Notes under the pieces: generated by a model | What the model saw: only the letters and a program-made list of their open reading frames with translations | What the model was told of the DNA's origin: nothing | The model's database searches: none | Assembly (NCBI GenBank): GCA_964500345.1 | Contig: CAZCNK010000003.1 | Coordinates: 6,568 to 33,439, forward strand | Direction: 5' to 3' | Source of the DNA: Candidatus Woesearchaeota archaeon | GTDB lineage: Archaea > Nanobdellota > Nanobdellia > SCGC-AAA011-G17 > UBA489 | Length of the DNA: 26,872 nt | Shown here: positions 23,366 through 26,872 of the stretch, piece by piece | Layout of the letters: each line of letters opens with the position of its first letter | Position numbering within the stretch: position 1 is the first letter of the stretch | Translations under genes and position numbers: made by a program

Positions 23366-26047
23366 TTATCTCCTTGATTTAACACATGCTCCTTCAGAGC
23401 AGTAACCTCCTTCGCAAAATCTTGAATAGACTCTCATTTGATTACCGATGCATACTTTTTCACTTACGAATTCGCCTTGGCTATAGCATACATCTTCAAC
23501 TGTAACAACTGATTTTGAGGTTTCATCGTAGAAGGTTACTTTTCCAAGCGTGTAAATGTCTACTCCATCAGAATCTTGACAAAATGGCTCTGTTTTTAGT
23601 GCACCTTCTATACAGGCTCCGTCTGAACACCTTGTTCCTGGTGGGCAAGAAACTTTTCTTGACATGAAAGTATTAAGCTTGCAAATGCCTTCATTGACAT
23701 TGGATTCTCCGTCACATGAGTCTGTAAATGTATTTTGTTTGCCTTCTTTATCAGTGTATTTAACTGTTCCTTTTGTTTTTCTTTCCTTTGCGTCAGAATC
23801 TGAACATGACTCTTTGGATTTAACACATGCACCATTTAGACATACTTCATCACCACTGCACTTGAGAATTTTGGTTCTGCCTTGGTTTATGGTGTTACAA
23901 ACTGATTCTTCAACGAATCTGTAGCCTATACATGTATCTTCTATTGTTTTTGAAGATCCTTTTTCATCTGTATATGCAACTGTGCTCTTGGAGTTCTTAT
24001 TTTCACCGTCTTGGTCTGTACATTTGGTTGAAGTTTGTTTGCAAGCGCCATTGCTGCAAATATAACCTGCAGGGCATCTTCTTCTGCAGTTTTCCTGATT
24101 CTCACAGGCAAATTTACCATCTTGAGTACATAAGCCTTCAAGAACACCTACTAATCCTATGCAACTATCTGTAAATGTGTTTGTTTTACCGTCTGGAGTT
24201 AGGTATGTTACTATACCTGCTTGGTTTATATTATCTCCATCTGGATCTTCACAGGTTGATTTTGGTTTACACACATTGCCTTCATCTATTTCAGAATTGC
24301 AATTATTATCTATTTTGTCGCATATTTCAATTGCAGAAGGATTTACATTTGCTAGCTTGTCATTGCAATCAAGATTATTATCTACGTAACCTTCTGGTTT
24401 TGCTGGTGCAGATTTCTGAGCTTGTGGATTACCATAACTATCTTTATCGAGATCTTCATAGAATATGGCTCCTCTTTCTTTTAATTGATATGTACACCTC
24501 GATAATTTTGCTGCTGCATCTAAATTTGAGTACTTCCCATTTATGAATTGATTTTCACCATAAGTGTAATCTGGGCAGTTCCTGTCAATGCAGCGAGGGT
24601 CATAAATATCTTTGCATTCTTTTATTATCCATGTAGCAGAATCTTTAGTTCTTGATACTGGGTTGGTTGCTAGATAAGTTTTTAGGATGGGATTTTCGAT
24701 TACTAAAATAGCACCAAGGCCCATAGCACCTGAACCTGCAGGATAACCTGTTGTTTGTGTCCATAAATAACTAACTTCGTGGTTTGGTTCTCCAGAGTCT
24801 ACTTTACCTAGTTTAAATATCCCATTAAATATATCTCCATAATACAAAGGAATCTGGATTGATTCACCTTCTTTCAAGGTTACTGTTAGACCTTCTTTAA
24901 GTGTAGGGGTTTCTTCTGGAGAGCATGCACCGTCTTTGCACCCTTTTCTACACTCAATATTTTTTAAAGCAACTATCTTTTTTCCTTGATAGTCTATGCA
25001 TATGTTTTCTGTTACGTAATTCTCATTTAGGCAAGTGTCTGTAACTGTTTTTAATGTGCTGTCAAAGATGCCTTTTGTAGTTCCTTTTACAAATCTATTA
25101 TCTCCATCTGGGTCTTCACAAATTACTTCTTGACTTGGTTTCTGCTGTTCTCCTGTGTCAATTAGTTTGTAAGCGCATTGCCTTTGTTTAGACTGAGGCC
25201 ATGTTAAAAGCTTGCCCTCAACATATTTTTTGTTATTATAACTAAAGTCTTTACATCCATCAAAGCAATTAGGGTCATCAGTATTTTTACACTCTTTTAC
25301 TTTGAAAGTCACTGTTTCTCCTTCTCTGTCTACAGGAACGATTAAAAAGGTAGCTCCTTGCAATTGCCACCAATCATTTATAACTATATGCCCTAGACTT
25401 ACGAGACCGTAAGTGATGTATTCTTCATTAGACTTTCTTAATTCATATCGAATATAGTTTCCTGGAGGTCCATAGTCAGCATCAGTAAGTTTTAGTATAA
25501 AGCCGCCTATAGGCCATAACTTAAGAGGGACTTTTGTTGATTCTCCTTTTTTTAGCTTAAATATCATTTCTTTTGCCGGTTCTGGAACTGGCTCTGATGG
25601 CGGGGCTGTTGTTGTGGATGGGGAAGTAGGTGGTTCCTTTGATTCAGGGGATGGTTCGCATTTGTTTGTGTTGAAATTGCAAATAGAATTTTCATCACAG
25701 TCTTCTTGCTCAAGACATTCTACACATTTTTTTAGAGATAGATCGCATCTTTTTTGGCAATCTTTGTCAGATGAACATTCTCCTTTTTGTATGCACCTTC
25801 CAGTGTTTATGTCGCATGTTCCACTAGAGCAATCAGAATCAGCTAAACAACCCAGTTTGCATGAACCAGACTCGCATATATATCCTGTGCCACAATCAGC
25901 ATCTTGATTGCAGCTAACTGCGAGACCAGCAAGAAAATGTAAGCCATATTTGCTCTTATAGTTTTCTATATTTGTTGATGTGCATCCAGAAAGAACAAAT
26001 AAAAATAGAACACCCAGTAAAGCAAAATAAATTACCTCTTTTTTCAT
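23366..26047 (-). CDS. Large Cys-rich repeat surface (lipo)protein
   Basis: Signal peptide ending LSGC (lipobox-like); four CxxDxDC modules; Pro/Thr/Ser linker; two ~140-aa homologous domains; a MopE-like repeat (DLDKDSYGN...DCND...P.AIEICD.IDNNC...IDEG); five C.D.D(G)...G.V...D.C...E..C...C..GAC repeats. Confidence 0.9.
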   Translation of the reverse strand: MKKEVIYFALLGVLFLFVLSGCTSTNIENYKSKYGLHFLAGLAVSCNQDADCGTGYICESGSCKLGCLADSDCSSGTCDINTGRCIQKGECSSDKDCQKRCDLSLKKCVECLEQEDCDENSICNFNTNKCEPSPESKEPPTSPSTTTAPPSEPVPEPAKEMIFKLKKGESTKVPLKLWPIGGFILKLTDADYGPPGNYIRYELRKSNEEYITYGLVSLGHIVINDWWQLQGATFLIVPVDREGETVTFKVKECKNTDDPNCFDGCKDFSYNNKKYVEGKLLTWPQSKQRQCAYKLIDTGEQQKPSQEVICEDPDGDNRFVKGTTKGIFDSTLKTVTDTCLNENYVTENICIDYQGKKIVALKNIECRKGCKDGACSPEETPTLKEGLTVTLKEGESIQIPLYYGDIFNGIFKLGKVDSGEPNHEVSYLWTQTTGYPAGSGAMGLGAILVIENPILKTYLATNPVSRTKDSATWIIKECKDIYDPRCIDRNCPDYTYGENQFINGKYSNLDAAAKLSRCTYQLKERGAIFYEDLDKDSYGNPQAQKSAPAKPEGYVDNNLDCNDKLANVNPSAIEICDKIDNNCNSEIDEGNVCKPKSTCEDPDGDNINQAGIVTYLTPDGKTNTFTDSCIGLVGVLEGLCTQDGKFACENQENCRRRCPAGYICSNGACKQTSTKCTDQDGENKNSKSTVAYTDEKGSSKTIEDTCIGYRFVEESVCNTINQGRTKILKCSGDEVCLNGACVKSKESCSDSDAKERKTKGTVKYTDKEGKQNTFTDSCDGESNVNEGICKLNTFMSRKVSCPPGTRCSDGACIEGALKTEPFCQDSDGVDIYTLGKVTFYDETSKSVVTVEDVCYSQGEFVSEKVCIGNQMRVYSRFCEGGYCSEGACVKSRR

Positions 26048-26222
26048 TGATATTTCTTTATTTTTTATATTTAAAAGATTTTCGGATTTTGTTAAGACGT
26101 CTTGTAGTTACATAATAGATGAACTGTGCGATGTATTTCATTTTATTATCAGCAAAATAGAAGTGGACTTTATGCTAAAAGAAATAGTGAGATTTATATA
26201 TTAAATAATTCTTTTGATTTTT

Positions 26223-26774
26223 ATGATTTTTATGGATAGAGGGGATGAAGAGGTTGGATTTCTAAGCGTGGCGATTAAGGTTGTTATAGGGGCAATAATT
26301 GTAATTGTGATGTGGAATGTGATAAATAATATATGGGATATTTTTATGGGCGGGGTAGATAGTGAAAGTAAAAGAACATTTAGTGATTTAACTAAAGAGA
26401 TAGGAATTTTAAATAATGGTGAAAATGGAAAGATTATTGCAAAATTGAAAGATGATTATAGCATAGTTGGTTTTGGGAATAGAGAGGGAAATTTAGTTGT
26501 CGATGGAAATTGTTATGATGCTGGATATGTAAAAGAGATTAAGGCTGAGTGTAAGAGTTGTATTTGTTTGTGTAGACTTAGCGGGGCGGAGGTTTGTAAA
26601 GAGAAAATAGAGTGTAGGAGGTATTCAGGGTTAGATTTTAAAAGCGGTGATGAAGATAGATGCGGAGGAAATTTTGTAATTTTAGGAAGTGGTTTAATGA
26701 TGTTGGAAGAACTTTTCTATGTTAATATTAAAAGAGAGCAGAATGTTGTGAGTTTTACATTGAGTGAGAGTTGA
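26223..26774 (+). CDS. N-terminally anchored Cys-rich surface protein, possible atypical pilin-like
   Basis: DRG.DEEVG, then TM (FLSVAIKVVIGAIIVIVMW); ECKSCICLC and VCKEKIEC motifs; AGATTTATA 24 nt before ATG 26223. Confidence 0.7.
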   Translation: MIFMDRGDEEVGFLSVAIKVVIGAIIVIVMWNVINNIWDIFMGGVDSESKRTFSDLTKEIGILNNGENGKIIAKLKDDYSIVGFGNREGNLVVDGNCYDAGYVKEIKAECKSCICLCRLSGAEVCKEKIECRRYSGLDFKSGDEDRCGGNFVILGSGLMMLEELFYVNIKREQNVVSFTLSES

Positions 26775-26823
26775 GAAGGGAGTTGAGAATGTTTAGTTTT
26801 TGGTTTTGAAAATGGGGTGAAAG

Positions 26824-26872
26824 ATGGAGAAACAGGATCAATTTATTTTTGTTGGATATCTTTTATTGAGTA
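26824..26872 (+). CDS. 5' fragment of a gene running off the window (MEKQDQFIFVGYLLLS...)
   Basis: ATG preceded by a GGGGTGA RBS-like motif at 26814-26820; the frame is open to the window end. Confidence 0.5.
   Translation, partial: MEKQDQFIFVGYLLLS

Noticed and set aside
22918-25907. ORFs 22918..23382, 23608..23835, 23664..23924, 23932..24174, 23941..24147, 24159..24389, 24175..24546, 25614..25907
   Set aside because: Alternate-frame or antisense shadows within the island genes.
26058-26141. 27-aa minus-strand ORF (MKYIAQF...) and 10-bp palindrome AAGACGTCTT at 26094-26103
   Set aside because: No RBS or motif, it runs over the likely TATA box of the 893-aa gene, and a 10-bp palindrome is expected by chance.
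1-26872. tRNA/rRNA genes, transposases, integrases, global stop-codon reassignment
   Set aside because: No GC-rich cloverleaf or rRNA-like tract, no DDE or tyrosine-recombinase motifs, and TAA, TAG and TGA all terminate full-length genes.

Overview
This 26.9 kb window is AT-rich and gene-dense, and it reads as an archaeal chromosome segment, most likely from a DPANN (Nanobdellota; Woese-/Pacearchaeales-like) genome. That assignment is inferred from the archaeal-type TyrRS, Hef, TATA boxes about 22-25 nt upstream of starts, GGTGA-type ribosome binding sites and class III signal peptides. The left third is housekeeping: a TctA/DUF112 permease, an OB-fold protein, tyrS, an arginase/agmatinase-family enzyme, thpR, and a Hef helicase and ERCC4 nuclease separated by one in-frame TAA. 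A small variable spot (7.3-8.6 kb) holds a gene whose last ~29 codons look like a diversity-generating retroelement (DGR) variable region, with no template repeat or reverse transcriptase in the window, and a RelE-like toxin and putative antitoxin arranged tail-to-tail. The right two thirds is a large type IV/Tad-like pilus locus: a VirB11/TadA-type ATPase, a double T2SSF membrane platform, at least six class III signal-peptide proteins (including a 35-aa pilin-like ORF absent from the ORF track), three tandem paralogous membrane proteins and two coiled-coil proteins. It is interrupted by two islands with inverted GC skew (an isochorismatase-family gene, and an 893-aa Cys-rich repeat surface lipoprotein plus partner). 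I recognised no rRNA, tRNA, CRISPR array, transposase or integrase. All family assignments come from motif recognition and all counts were made by hand; no searches were run.
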